Made by a program: the position numbers and the translations under genes. The notes under the pieces were generated by a model. The model was not told the origin of the DNA. It searched no databases and worked only from the letters and a program-made list of their open reading frames with translations. DNA of 64,000 nt from Branchiostoma floridae (Eukaryota), in NCBI RefSeq assembly GCF_015852565.1, contig NC_136205.1, positions 3,130,707 through 3,194,706 on the forward strand, written 5' to 3'. Within the stretch, counting starts at the first letter, position 1, and every line of letters begins with the position of its first letter. Positions 37,401 to 50,509 of the stretch are shown piece by piece.

Positions 37401-38384
37401 GGTCGCTTGCAAACGCAAAGTCTTGGCAAGTTCCGGAACGAATGAATCTGTGGATTAGCGTGGGTTTAAGCACGATCGCGAGCCGAGGAAATTAAGAAAA
37501 GGAAAAGAATCCTGAGCATCAGGAAATTCTATATTACTGACCGGTAGTTTTGTTTCAGGGACTCCAATTTGACCCTAATGCCTCTAAATTGGATTTTAAC
37601 AACATCGGCTTCGTTTGGGGAGGAATTGCACAGTGTAATTTCGTACCCCAGGGAAGCAATACAGATAGTAGAAAATAAATCGTATATTTGCCTTCCAGAA
37701 GATTATACGAACTTGCTTTAGCTTCAATATATTTCAAACGTCAAAAATTGACATTAATAGAGATCATAACATGTACAAGGACACGTCTCTGTTGTAATAT
37801 GATACCCTTGTCATTTCATTTCGGCTTTTAGTCCAATTCTAGAGGATCTCAGTTGTAATCTTTCTGAATCATTTATACAGACGATAAAACATAATGGGGT
37901 CGTTTCCACCAAATAGTCTGCAGTGATTTGATTTGTTTCAAATACCGCATTAATGCGGGTCGGGGAGATATGCAAAATGTGTGCACATGGGACCTTACCT
38001 CTGTAAGGTTAGAAATGTGTCAAATATGGGGGAGGGGGGCAGGAACATTTGCGGGTACTGCGTTATGATAAATTCAATAAATTTCTCGCGAAAGTGTGGT
38101 GATTGAGTCAAATTTCTAACTCTTTCTTGGCCATCGTTGGATCACATGGGACCCTGCCTCTCAGTAAGGTTATAAATGTGTCAAATATGGGGGAGGGCGG
38201 GGGGCAGAAACATGATGGGACTGTGATAATTGACCTTCAATGATGAATTCAATAAATTTCCCGCGAAAGTGTGGTGGTTTAGTCAACTCTCTAACCCTTT
38301 TATATTTATTGTTGTATCATTCTTAAGGGCTGTTTCCAAGAGGGGTTTTAATAGCAGGGTTTTAAAACAATCGCTGTTAGGTGG

Positions 38385-38590
38385 CCGTTATACCCCCCCT
38401 CACATTTAGGCGAAAATCGATCGGACGACGAGTCTACGAGCACTAAATTACGAGGAGGCATGACCCTGGCGGGAAGGGGGGAACACTGCCATTTCTTCGT
38501 CGGCTGTAGGGCCATGCCTCCTCGTAATTTAAAGCTCGCAGACTCGTCGTCCGATCGATTTTCGCGAATGTGAGGGGGGTATTATGGTCT
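38385..38590. mobile_element. Foldback/MITE (family 1) with terminal inverted repeats of about 85 bp. A second copy lies at 62285-62490, in intron 2 of PLAC8-B.
   Basis: The arm cacatttaggcgaaaatcgatcggacgacgagtctacgagcactaaattacgaggaggcatg pairs with its near-perfect reverse complement. Confidence 0.8.
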
Positions 38591-39309
38591 TGAATAGCGA
38601 GAGATTTAACGAGATATAGCTTGTTAAATTTCGTTTTCTTTCTTCAGCGGTAAAGGTAATTCCTAGATCGAAAACTACTTAGCCGAAGACCTGAACTAGA
38701 TCAAAGTCGTCTCTGAAACTATATTCACTTCTTAACAGCAAGCTGAAAAACGAACAAGAGAACACACAGAAGACATGAAAAATTTTAAATGTGACAAAAT
38801 GTACAAATATGAAACTTTATGAACTAGTAGGTCAGGACCGGTCTAAAATGAACATAAAGAATGTGAAAAAATGGTTAATTACAAAAGCCTTATTCAGCGT
38901 CTTTGAAACAACGCCGACTCACTGCAACAGTTAGGCCTAGTGGAGATTTGAGAACGGTCCAACGTTTATTGAATTACCACCCAAGAATTCAACTTAAGGC
39001 GCAAAACTATGCCTGCTATGTAGAACAATTATTGGCGGGAAATTAAAGACATGAGTGACTTACATACCATAAATTCTATATAGATTAGATACTACTAATC
39101 GACTGATGTAATATTATACATTACCTTTGGTTTTAGCTTACAACGGATCCAATAGTCAAGATCGACCAACGAAGTAAGACAAGGACTACAAATTATGTCG
39201 TAAGTAAGTGAAACATTATGGTTTTGTGGAATTTCAAGTTTAATTCATGGTTGTGAATTTCTCAAAAGATAAAGACAGAGACAGAGCGAGAGAGAGTGAG
39301 AGAGAGAGT

Positions 39310-39360
<51 letters not shown>

Positions 39361-42300
39361 GGGGAGATAGAGGGAGAGAAAGAGAGCTATATGCTTAGAT
39401 TCTTTCGGGGCTCTTTTATCTCTCTTTGTCTATCATTCGGGAGAGCTTATCGCGGTCTGAGAAGAGAGAGCAGTCGCGAGAGAGCAGAGAGAGAGAGAGA
39501 GAGAACTGGTTTATTTGATAAACACACAATGTCAGATACTAGATGGTAGTCCGAAGATGGTAGTTCGAAGATGGTAGTCCGAAGTATGACATGCTTGAAG
39601 TTTTCACAGAATTGAGGTCATCAACAAGGATATTATACACGGTATACCTCTCACAAGACTTGAAATTCGCAATAATGATACTGAAGGCATGGAAGGAACT
39701 TCTTGATGTTGTGAACCAGAGTAGTGTGAACAGCTTCAAGAACAGGCGTTACAGCGAAGCCCGTGCATGACGGAGGGATCGACAGTGGGCTATATGGGGG
39801 AATACAGCTAGCCTGGGTACCATCCCCTTTCTACCGGGGCTTCTAACACTTCCTCCGGTAGAAAATAGTTGGTACCAGGCTAGAATACAGCCTTTGTGGT
39901 TCAGGTAAATTAAGATAAAAAATCATTTAATCATTTTCCGTCCACTGGGACCAATCTGCACCCAGCCAAGCGAGAGCAAATTTGCATACATACCAAGACA
40001 CATGGAGAGAAAACAAGAACGACTAAAGAAGGACATTACAAACATATAAGTGACTTAAGTTTTTTCAAATATTTTTTTCGCATCTTATTAGATCATAACT
40101 TCAGAAGTACGTGCGTAGCTTTAGGCTTTAGATTATGTACATTTTCTGTGGGAATTGGTGACGGAAAATCGAGTCATGTGCATGTGTCTATACATGTGCA
40201 TTCCATACTAGAAAATAAGTCGTATATTTGCCTTTTAGAAGATCATAAAAAAGTACATTGGAAACACTATGCGTGTATTTGTCATCAAAAGTAACTTGTC
40301 CAAAACTATTTTATGTAACTGTAAAGATTGAGAGAACAAAATCTAAGATTTTTCTCTCCTCCCTATCAAATTACCACACAAGCACATTTGGGTATTGGCT
40401 TATGCGTACTATGTAATACAATTGGTGGCGGGAAATTGATGACGTCATATGTGGCCTACATTCCATAGATATCTACAACATTCATAGTATTGTTGAATAT
40501 TGTTACATATTAACAGTATAGGTTTGGCGTTTTGCGTGACAAGGGCTAAACAGGCACCAAACAGCTAGCTACATTTATGCAATTACCAAGAAGCGAGAGG
40601 AAGTCGAATATGTATGATTGTTTCCATTGTTACATACATATGATCCTTACCATGTGAACTGTACTTAGCTCAGTGGGGCAAAAATGAGCAATAAAGGTCT
40701 TCTTTCATTATGGAACCCGTTTTCTATCTTTTTTTTTTGTTCACCCGTTTTGTACGCCTTTTGTGCAACACCATTTTGTATCCACTACCCCATTTGTCAA
40801 ATACACCCTAAAAGGTCACGACAACTCCCGCCCGGTCACTTCATTTCTCTCAATGAACAGTCTTGGACCCTTTTGTTATCTTTCACAGTGACAAATGGTC
40901 AATTGGTCAGCACGAACACTGGTCATTTCGCCGCTTACTGACCCCTACATACGTTGGGCCATCACAAAACTCAGAAATGGCTGTCACAAATTCAGCATAG
41001 AAACCGGCTGATCCCAAAAAAAGGTTTGTCCATTCTGTCCATGCAGAGCTAATTGAAAACGAATATCACTGTTTAATTGTTTGCCCCAAATATTCTGAAC
41101 TCAGCGATCTACTGCAAAGTACGAGTACGAGTTAGATGTTTAGATCTATATAATTCAGAACATAACGTTATATCAACACAGACGGTTTTGGAATATCTTG
41201 GGTCCTCAAAATGGTCGTTTCGTGGTTCGTTAAATGCGACACCTAGCGGAAATTTTGGTAACGGCATGCTCTCTAAAGATATGACTTCTGTGTTTCCAGA
41301 TACTGGTAATAGACGTCAATTACAGAATTTGGCTATTATTGTTACCTTTGCCAGAATGGCTAAGGTTTTATTTTCGGTCCGGTCGTGTGTTTTCGCCCTG
41401 TTTGTGAACAGCATAACTCGAGAAGACTGCGACGGATGCAGCTGATATTTAATGGGTGGGTAGGGGTCTGAAAGACAAAAGAGGGAGTTCGATAAGCGGC
41501 TTGCTAAGGTACTGCAGCAAAACCTCCATGTTTGATATCTCGCGTTCTGGACATGCTGCGGTCGTGATTTTTGAGCGGTAGGGAGCCCTTAAAGCAGAGA
41601 GTGATTGCTGTGTGATGATGTCAAGCTAGTGATTTCAATCCAAACGACAATTCAGTCATTTTGTGCTGCAAAAATTTCAATGTCAATTAACCATTTCTCT
41701 ATCTCACAAACTAATGAGTACAATGTCTACTACACTCACATTTTTATATCAACTGTTAAAAAGACACCGTGTGAAAAACAGGAAAACTGGTTTGAATTTC
41801 ATCAAATATCTCGAAAATTCCATATCCCTTACCAGCGGTTCACCAAAAGAAAGTGTAAGGCCTGCAGCCTTTTTGATAGGGCCACGTGAGAGTAAAAAAC
41901 TCATCAAAAATTTCATTTTCCGCATAGATCTGATGACTAGAATAGCCTCAGGCGGGTCATTGACCCTCTATTATAGATGAAATGGGAAAATGATCGAGTT
42001 GTGCTTCTTCAACACGTGTATGCGAAACACGTGGATTAATGCTCGAGAATGTAAATTAGATAAAGCAGCCGAGGGTACATGTTCATGAGAAAGGGTGAGG
42101 CCAGAGCAAGAAAAATTCATGGATGGCATCCTCTCCAGACTGCACAAATAGTTAGATAGGGCGAAAAAGGCAAGATGGCTATCGTGGAATAGGTCAATCA
42201 GTCACGTATAAGTAAGTCGATAGAGTAATTCCTCAATCACTGACTCTTGAAAACACGTAACCTCTAAATTTTCGGTCCTATTCTCGCTGGATCTCGCGAG

Positions 42301-43619
42301 GCTAAGTCATTCCGTGATCAGGGTGTACTGATGAGCGGACACCGAAAATTTGGAGGTACGTGTTTTACGTGTTTTCAAAAGTCACTGGTTAATTGTAATG
42401 ACCAATATTTCTACATTTTCAAAATAGACAGCATTGAACAAGAATTTAATGTACAAAACATGGTGTCACAGCCAACGATGCATGTACTGGTTTAGTAAAA
42501 GTGACACTAGTGTGGCAGACTGGTATCATTAACAAAGCTGGTAACTACACTCGTGGCTTCCATATTGGTGCCACAATTATAACTATCCAAGTAGTTTCAC
42601 TTCTAATATAGCTACAGTCATGGCTACTTCGCTAGTGTCACTTCTACGAGTACAATCATTAGCCTACAACACAACGTATTTGCTCATTTTGGTAATTTTT
42701 CGGTATGTTGACCATCTCCAAAGAAGAAAAATTTAAATCTCAGTGTCATCCATAAAATCTACTTGCTGTGGCCTAACAGATTGATCCCGTACTAGTCCCG
42801 CCCAACTCCGTCGTCAATCCAGAAATGTAAAAATAAAAACACAAACATGCAAAACGTGCAAGCTTTTTGACGGACATGCAGTCACTCTCTCATTGGTCGT
42901 ACCACCAATCCTCATGCTCCCATTGGTTGAGCTGCTAACTATGATGGACAGTAATCAGGGCTGCTCTATTCTATAATTACGCGCCTTTTTCCTTTCCAGA
43001 CCATTTCGGTTCTTGCCGCTACCGGTACCGGACCTCCCACCCGACCGCTAAACATTTGAAGCGCCACTTCAGGCTCCCAGACCTTCGTCTCAAGGTAGGT
43101 TTTGTTTTTTGCTTCTTTCTTTTCAGTATTTTCCTTACATTAATGCTAACCGCTAGTTTCATATGTATTCAAAGAAAACATGTAATCAAAGACAAGTGTT
43201 GCTTTCTTCGCTGTTGTTGTAGACATCTTGAGTTGACCCGTAAATATCAAGACTCTTCAGTTAATGTTAAGATTTATCTGACCTATGTTATGATCTATAT
43301 TTTGACAAGAATGTTATGATTCTTGGTGTGGGTGGTCGTGAGTTCGTTGACTTTGCGGTTAGAATAGTCCGAGATCTTTATGATATTTGGTATGTGGGTA
43401 GATGTTGGCATGAGGATTTCCAAACCGGGGTCCTAACGGCAGACCCCCTAATGGCTTTCTGTTTGCTAGCGTCTTTCTTTGCTGCCGTAAGACATTGGGT
43501 TAATAATTCCACTTTAAGACTCGGTAAATGCCAAGATTTTTCCAACCTATGTTATCTCAAAGCAAGAAGCAAGGTCTCTTCTTTAGCCATACTTGTGCGT
43601 TTTACATTGTAAAGTCATG

Positions 43620-43900
43620 TGTTAACCCGGCTTCGTATATATTCAAGTCCGTATGAGGTCCGTTTGGACATTTTAGCCTCTACCAGGCTCCACAGGTTGC
43701 TGAAAAATAGTAGAAATTGGACAAATATAGAAACATAACATTTCAGAGGAGTTAGCTGTCCGGGGAGTTTGCGACCCAGCTAACACTGCTGGCATGTTAT
43801 CTGTCCAATTTCTATTATTTTTTACTATTTTTCCAGTGACCTGTGGAGCCTGGTAGAGGCAAAGACTTCCATACGGACCTCATACGCACATGTGAACCCA
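43620..43900. mobile_element. Foldback/MITE (family 3). A tandem second copy lies at 44190-44470.
   Basis: The arm cgtatgaggtccgt..gcctctaccaggctccacaggt pairs with acctgtggagcctggtagaggc...cggacctcatacg. The central region is shared between copies (agctaacactgctggcatgttat). Confidence 0.75.
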
Positions 43901-46900
43901 CCTTAACGCAATTTCAATCAATCCACTCTCTAAGCAGAAGTGTCAACCTCGATGAAAAAAAGGAAGAATTTGGCCACATAGGGACAAATAAGTTACCATG
44001 GGATAATCTTTTGCAATCAATCGAGTTTTCCAAGGACGTTATATGAGAGTTTTCACTACATGCGGCTGGCCAAATCCTCTAGTAACAAAACTTCCCTGAC
44101 AAATTTCACATCCCCTACTCAGGTGCCCGTCTGACTCCCTTTGGCCGGCTATACTCTTTGGTCAGTTTTGATACTATCTCTAAAGGTGGGGTCACACATG
44201 CGTATGTATTCAAGTCCGTTTGAGGTGCGTAAGACGCTCTTAGTCTCTACCAGGCTCCACAGGTCGCGGGAAAAATAGTACAAATATGACAAATATAGAT
44301 ACATAACATGCCAGATGAGTTGGCTGACCGAGAAGTATGGTTAGCGACCCAGCTAACTTCGCTGACATGTTACCTGTTTACTTTTGTCCAATTTCTATTA
44401 TTTTTACAACGACCTGTGGAGCCTGGTGGAGGCAAATACTCCCATGCGCGCCTCATACGGACTTACATATATACGCACGTGTGACCCCACCTTTAGGCAC
44501 CGTATGGATAGTACCTGCTTGGGGAATACTCGGCCGGTCTGTTTGTGGAAACGAAAAAAAAATAAGTTTATGCCAATAAATATGCGCCAAGGCATGCTGT
44601 TGAATTATTTTTGGTCCGTTTTGTGTTTTTGTAGTCCTTTATATTGTACTTTTCGGACCCCCAAACTGCCAGGCCCGGCCCCTTTGTGGACATGTGACGT
44701 CAGCCTGACCAAAGCATAGCATGTGAATATGTTACACGTGTGCTACACTGGGGGTTTAAGTAGGTCATATGTTCATGAGGAAGGATATTAAAACTATCGC
44801 TACCCGCCATTTCCTTTCCAGATAGTTTGATACTCGCTGCTGGCCTCGTACTTTCCACACGTCAACATCTGAAGCATCACTTCGGTCGTGCAGGTCTTTG
44901 TAATGTGGTAAGTTTAATCTAATCTTTGTGCTTTTTCAAATACGATTCGATCTCTACAAACGGATAAAAAAAAACACACCGAGATTTAATTCAGGAAGTT
45001 TCGAGTGACATCCATCACTCTTCTTCAGCGTCATTAGAATGAACTAGCAAAACAATGCAGAAAAAGAGTGGTAAATGTCGCTCAAAACGTCCGGAAGTAC
45101 ATTTCCGTTTTTTTATCCGGTTGTAGATGTTGAATTGTATTTGAATATTGTTTACCTGGATGTCATAAACGTATCTTTTTGCTTATTGCTCCCAATATTT
45201 TTTCTACATTTATACTAGCCTTTTCGCATACCCTTTAAGTATCACAAGAATACCATGTAGACATTGTTGAAATATAAACTCAAACTTTACCTTGTACTTG
45301 CCCTAACATGTATACGTACGCCGATGATACTGTAAATGCATTTAAGTTCGTCGGGATTTAATTTCGCGGTAGGGGAAAAGAGGACCTTTCGCGATGGCGA
45401 AGCACCAGGCACTGTAGTCTCTTACTGCCATGGAAAAATGTTCGCGGTGGTTTTAAATTTGCTGTGAAGCGGCCACCGCAAAAACCGCGAACATTAAACC
45501 ACCGCGAAAGTTTCTGCATTTACAGTATACCGAACCCCGTTTGGTACACAAAATGAGCTATTTCTTTACAAGCGTACATTCAGTCTTTTGTAGAGTTGAT
45601 GGGCGGGAACTCAAAGACAGAAATGACTATGATTAGAGTGTTGTGGATGACTATCATAACAAGTGCCGCGTGCTTCTACCATAGAAACATCTATAAGCGG
45701 CTCTTCTTTGTCAGACGCTAAACACCCATTGATATCAATTAGCTGTTCTTTTGAGTTCAACGAAGGCGGGCCTATGAGGTACTACTGGCTCGCGGCAGTC
45801 AGGTTTTTGAAAACATGACTTGAAAAGTTCTCAGAAAATACTTGTTAAAATGTTAAAGGTCAGTTTAATGATTGGTATCTAGCCAGAGGGGATATTTGTT
45901 TTTATTCCTTGATCTGATCTACAGTTAATATTGACTGAAGGTATTAAAAAGGATAAAAGAGAATATCTCACGTGTATCATGACATAGATATACAGATTAT
46001 GAACATGCAAATTCCAGGTTCAATAAACAAGCATACGTTAGAGACGTCACCACTGAGTTTGGTTGCCAGGGTATCTTTCCACAGGAATACTCCCATCTAG
46101 GGGTGGGTACCGGGACAGGAAATTCGGGTCCAGGTACGGTCCAGGTCTAGAGAATCAGGTCCAGGTACGGATCTGAATCTGGACCTAATTATTTGTGAAT
46201 GGGTGATACTCAAAACAATGGTCTATTTCGCTACAAAGGAATCTCGTTTTGGTGGAGTATCCTATCTTAAACAACGCTAACTTCCTCTGTTAAGTTGGAC
46301 TGTAGAAACTTGATAGAAATGAGTATCAACTCTCCTCTACGTTGCTTGCTATTTTCTTGGTCCAATAAGCCCCAAAACACGCCTACCACAGTATATCATC
46401 ATAGTATAGTGCCGGTATAATCTGTGCATTCTAAAATCGGTCCAAAATTAGGACTGATTTTTTTCTGGTCCGGTTTTCTACCGATACCAACCCCTAGTTC
46501 GGCCACAATGTCCCGCTCTCTTTATAACTCCATATCGAACAAACAGAACCCTCCGTCCTATTTCGAACACCCCCTTAAAACAACCCTGTGGGACAGAAAT
46601 TGCCAAATTATAAAAAAAGGCTATGTGTTCTTTGTTAAAGACTACACCCACATTGTATAGTTGTTTTGTGAGGAAGAGCCACTGCGTTGTATTGCTTTAT
46701 TGGTGGGCAGGATGCGCGTGTTAAGCAGGGTACCTATAAGAGATGGGACTTCGCACTTAAGGTCTCATTGATGAGTTTCTTCTTTCCATAGACTTATATG
46801 TTATAATTCGTGTTTTTCATGGGCGCGTTCATAATGACGCTACGTAAAATTTTAGCAGATTTTTCATTCTATGTTGAGCACATTTACCCTATATCGTGGG

Positions 46901-47924
46901 AAAAAATTGCCAACGTCAAATAGACACTGGTTCTTTTTTTATAGCAATTACAAACTACGATTAGTCAATCCCCACAAAAGGCACTTTTTTCGCTTTGAGT
47001 GTACAACCGCACCACTCAGAACCCAGGGCTGTGTACCTCCGACCTACCGCGCGCCTGCAAAACTTTACCTGCTAATATCTTACAAACATGCTTTCACCAA
47101 TCTAACTTTTGAGATCAGTTCCGCTGGCTAAAAGGGAATTTCTCACCGCTAAAAACATGCGTCCGTGCAGCCGTTCATTTTTGGCTCGGATCTCTTTTAG
47201 GGCACCCACTCGCGGAGTAATACATCAATGAGACCTTAAGTCTAGGGGACTTTGTTGTACGGTCATGTTGTACATGTAGTTGGTGTGATTAGTGCAAACT
47301 CTCTCTCCGCTAGTGCCCAAGTTGCTTTCCTCTTAATTTCGTTTTTGTAAGGAGCAAACGCAATGAAAAACCTGCCAGACTGAGATATATGCGTACCCTG
47401 ATATTCATGTGCAGTTTAGAGCTGACGGGGGCGTTTCATATCATGAGCGCAGCGGGTTGCCATTCTAGGTGCACTCTCATTGCACTTGCGTCAAGCTTGC
47501 GTCACTGCGGGGTTCGTTCACAGCGTCACTGTTTTGTTATTTGCTACGTTTTTCATAACTTAGATATTGCGTAATACGACTTAGACTTAGAAGACGACAA
47601 AATACACAAAAGGTATGAAAATTCGTTCTTTATCTCTGAAATTCGTTGAGTATATCTTTGGAACCCTGCCGTGACTCAAGCTTAAAGCAAGTCACGGCTG
47701 TGAGAGTGCACCTTATCTGGTCTCGGTCTCTTTGTCAACAACAACCATTGCCCATGCTAGGACGATTAAAATTAGTACTTAGTATCTAAATTATATCAAA
47801 TTACAAATTGATATCGATCATGCCCGGAAGTTCCATCAACTTTCTGCCTATCAGTACCCATGCGCCACCGTGACGTCGCTCGTAGAGATTTTTTTACTCT
47901 AGCTTCCAGTCCACTAATGCATCT

Positions 47925-48130
47925 TTATCCACGGGGTAACCTTTATCCGTTGTTTTAAAATTTAAGAAAACAGGGTATATATTTAGGGATATCAAGTCGA
48001 CGGACGGTATTTTCAAACTTAAGTATTTTTTAATATTGCAAGTTGAAACCACCGTCTGTGGACTTGATATCCCTGAATACCCTGTTTCCTTTTTAATCAA
48101 CGGATATAGGTTACCCTGCGGATAAAGATG
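47925..48130. mobile_element. Foldback/MITE (family 2). A second copy lies at 63525-63735.
   Basis: The arm gggtaacctttatccgttg...gggatatcaagtcgacggacggt pairs with accgtctgtggacttgatatccc...caacggatataggttaccc. Confidence 0.8.
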
Positions 48131-48205
48131 GACCAGCGTTATGCCTTATATAGCATGTAGGTTCGGCTTCTTTTCGCTTCTCAATAATAGTGAAAGTTGA
48201 TGGGT

Positions 48206-48233
48206 TTTCTTTCTTCATTTTTCTCCTTTGCAG
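48206..48233 (+). other. Polypyrimidine tract plus AG 3' splice site (ttctttcttcatttttctcctttgcag) upstream of the GPCR exon. This implies an intron in the 5'UTR, with the first exon lying further upstream or outside the window.
   Basis: A strong acceptor consensus lies about 105 nt upstream of the start codon. A short upstream ORF (ATGGTTGAGGCGGATTTCAGAATCTAG) is present in the 5' leader. Confidence 0.45.
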
Positions 48234-48339
48234 GTCCCTCTGTGGCATGGTTGAGGCGGATTTCAGAATCTAGCCCTTTTCAAGGTCAAAATGAAAACTT
48301 GATTTGGCAGTCGTACGAGCCACAGAACACAATCCCAAC

Positions 48340-49944
48340 ATGTGGCTAAACGATTCTTTTAACGTTTCTGCCACCGGCAACATTTCCGGGTCCGATGACG
48401 TCATATCCGGCGCCGAGGACATGTCCCAGACGGGCGAATACACGACAGGCCAAATGATCGCAATCGTCGTCATCGTTTCCATGGTAATGACTTTAATCAT
48501 CGTCGGCAACCTGGCCGTCATCTTCTTATACGTTTTCGGCAAACGGATCAAAAAGCCGAGGAACGCCTTCATCGTGTCCTTGGCGGTTAGTGACGTCATG
48601 GTCGGGGCGACCATCATGCCCTTTTCGCTGTCCAATGAGCTGCTCGGTTACTGGGCGTTCGGGAAGATCTTGTGCGACCTGTGGCTCGCCTTTGACGTGA
48701 TCGCGTGCACGGCGTCGATCTACAACCTGTGCGCGATCGCGCTGGATCGCTATTGGTCGGTGACGGACGCCACCTACGTGCAGTACAAGAGTCGGGACCG
48801 GATGAAGATGATGCTGTCTGCGGTCTGGATCAGCGCCCTCGCCGTGGGGATACCGCCCCTCGTCGGGTGGGTAGAAGAACAGGACTGGGAACACGAGGAA
48901 AAACCGTCCTGCGAGCTGAGAACACTGCCTGAGTATGTCTTCTTCTCCGTGGCGCTCTCCTTCTGGGTACCGCTACTCCTCATGACGGCGATCTACTTCG
49001 TCGTTCTCCGAGAGACCAAGAAGCGCTTCTCAGCCAGGCTTCAGCGTAGGAAGATCTCTGAAGAGGTCGCCAAAAGGTACGGACTAAGACGCTCCCGCCG
49101 CGGGGTCATACCAGGGGCCAAAGCCGCCAACAATGCCAGAAAGGCAACGCTCCCTGCACGGTCCACAAACTCAAGCAAAGAAAGCAACGCTAACAGGCAC
49201 AGGTGTAGCATAATGACGCCCAGCACACAAAGAGTTTCTCCAAAACTGAACCATATTGTACGAGTCACCTCTACCTACGTGCGAGATGTTTCATCTGTGA
49301 ACGAGTTTTCAGATTTCCACCTCGACATTTTGTACGAAGAAACGGAGTCAAAAACAAAAGCCCCAAATTCTATCTCCGACCATAACACAGATAACACATT
49401 CAATGTTGTGTCTCACGATTCGAAAGCCAACGGCCAAACAAACGCCCTTGCACCAGCAGTTAAAAAGAATATCTGCGATTGCAAAGGCGAGGTTGTCAGT
49501 CAGGTTTGCCCAGATGCAAATAGAAAGCCCGTTAGCAACAGTTTTGAGACAAAAAGCACTCCTAGGGATGATAGCGTAGAGGTCGGCAAAAGCGGCTATG
49601 TTGGATGCATACCGCTACCAGTACCTGGCACACTAAGAGTCCATGCTCCGAGTTTAAAGCAAGAGACCCGCTTGAACCTGGTGATTGGATTGGTGATTGG
49701 TGCGTTTGCTGCTTGTTGGCTGCCGTTCTTTACCGTGTACCCTCTCTCGGTAGTGACCAAATCCCTCGTTCCGGCCGCCCTGTTCAAATTCTGCTTCTGG
49801 TTAGGATACTGCAACAGTTTTCTGAACCCAATCATCTATACGGCCTGTAATCAAGACTTCCACGAAGCTTTTTCCGAAGTCCGCCGGAAAGTCTTTAAGA
49901 GAAACCGCGACGGGAAAGGTCTCGTGATTGGCCGAAACAAGTGA
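48340..49944 (+). CDS. Intronless class A (rhodopsin-like) biogenic-amine GPCR of 534 aa, alpha2-adrenergic / octopamine / 5-HT1-like, with a long third intracellular loop.
   Basis: There are seven hydrophobic segments. The TM3 Asp (LAFDVIACTASIYNLCAIALDRYWSVT) carries a DRY motif. TM5 has Ser residues (FFSVALSFWVPLL). TM6 reads FAACWLPFF (CWxP) and TM7 reads NSFLNPIIY (NPxxY). ICL3 is about 220 aa. N-glycosylation sequons (NDS, NVS, NIS) sit at the N-terminus. The first in-frame ATG after the stop at 48292 is at 48340 (the ORF track's start at 48304 is a TTG), and the TGA stop is at 49942-49944. Confidence 0.9.
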   Translation: MWLNDSFNVSATGNISGSDDVISGAEDMSQTGEYTTGQMIAIVVIVSMVMTLIIVGNLAVIFLYVFGKRIKKPRNAFIVSLAVSDVMVGATIMPFSLSNELLGYWAFGKILCDLWLAFDVIACTASIYNLCAIALDRYWSVTDATYVQYKSRDRMKMMLSAVWISALAVGIPPLVGWVEEQDWEHEEKPSCELRTLPEYVFFSVALSFWVPLLLMTAIYFVVLRETKKRFSARLQRRKISEEVAKRYGLRRSRRGVIPGAKAANNARKATLPARSTNSSKESNANRHRCSIMTPSTQRVSPKLNHIVRVTSTYVRDVSSVNEFSDFHLDILYEETESKTKAPNSISDHNTDNTFNVVSHDSKANGQTNALAPAVKKNICDCKGEVVSQVCPDANRKPVSNSFETKSTPRDDSVEVGKSGYVGCIPLPVPGTLRVHAPSLKQETRLNLVIGLVIGAFAACWLPFFTVYPLSVVTKSLVPAALFKFCFWLGYCNSFLNPIIYTACNQDFHEAFSEVRRKVFKRNRDGKGLVIGRNK

Positions 49945-50014
49945 TTTGATTAGAAGTCATTCACATCAAAGCGCACCGATCACCAATCAGCAGAGATGGC
50001 GGGCGGCATAGACT

Positions 50015-50095
50015 TCCTGACACTTTTGACCAATCGCTGACGTCACGCGCCCATAAGTGCCACGTGACGTGGGTGATTGGTCTACGAAATTGTGA
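50015..50095 (+). promoter_or_regulatory. Palindromic promoter-like module, CCAAT - CRE(TGACGTCA) - CACGTG E-box/CRE-like - inverted CCAAT, lying 70-150 bp downstream of the GPCR stop codon.
   Basis: The sequence gaccaatcgctgacgtcacgcgcccataagtgccacgtgacgtgggtgattggtc is followed by a possible donor, aag|gtaagg, at about 50153-50158. Confidence 0.35.
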
Positions 50096-50509
50096 GGAAG
50101 ACCGTAGCAGAACAGTCGAAAAATTGTTGCGCTCTCTTTTTGACTTAAATCTAAGGTAAGGCTTAGTGTATTACCAAATATAAACAAAGATGAACATTCA
50201 TAAAAATACAAATTGAATTTGTAAACATTTGACATTTGAAAAATGGAGACAAGAGATGTAATGCAGGAACACAAATGGAACACAAAAAAACAGAAATGAA
50301 ATAAATAAATGAACATATTTGGTTTCACCTTGAAGTTTTAGCGTATGGCTAAAATGCTTTAAGCGTAAAGCTACAAGTAAGTTTTAGAAAAAATCATATT
50401 GATCGTTGGTTTTCAAAAACAGATCTTTAAAAATGTGTCACTTCACTAAATTTAGAAAATAATTTTGACACTGCCAGATAAAACGGACAGACAGGATGTA
50501 AAGATAGTT

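Noticed and set aside
41077-41445. Plus-strand 122-aa ORF.
   Set aside because: It overlaps the interspersed repeat copy at 41330-41600 and has no recognisable domain or splice context.
48304-48339. ORF-track start at 48304 (MAVVRATEHNPN) for the GPCR.
   Set aside because: The codon at 48304 is TTG and an in-frame TGA lies at 48292. The first ATG is at 48340 (MWLNDS...), which also places the N-glycosylation sequons at the extreme N-terminus as expected.
48526-49268. Minus-strand ORFs at 48526-48894, 48774-48983 and 49041-49268, and the plus-strand ORF at 48705-48932, overlapping the GPCR.
   Set aside because: They are alternative-frame or antisense ORFs within a GC-rich coding region. The GPCR frame is supported by seven TM segments and all class A motifs.
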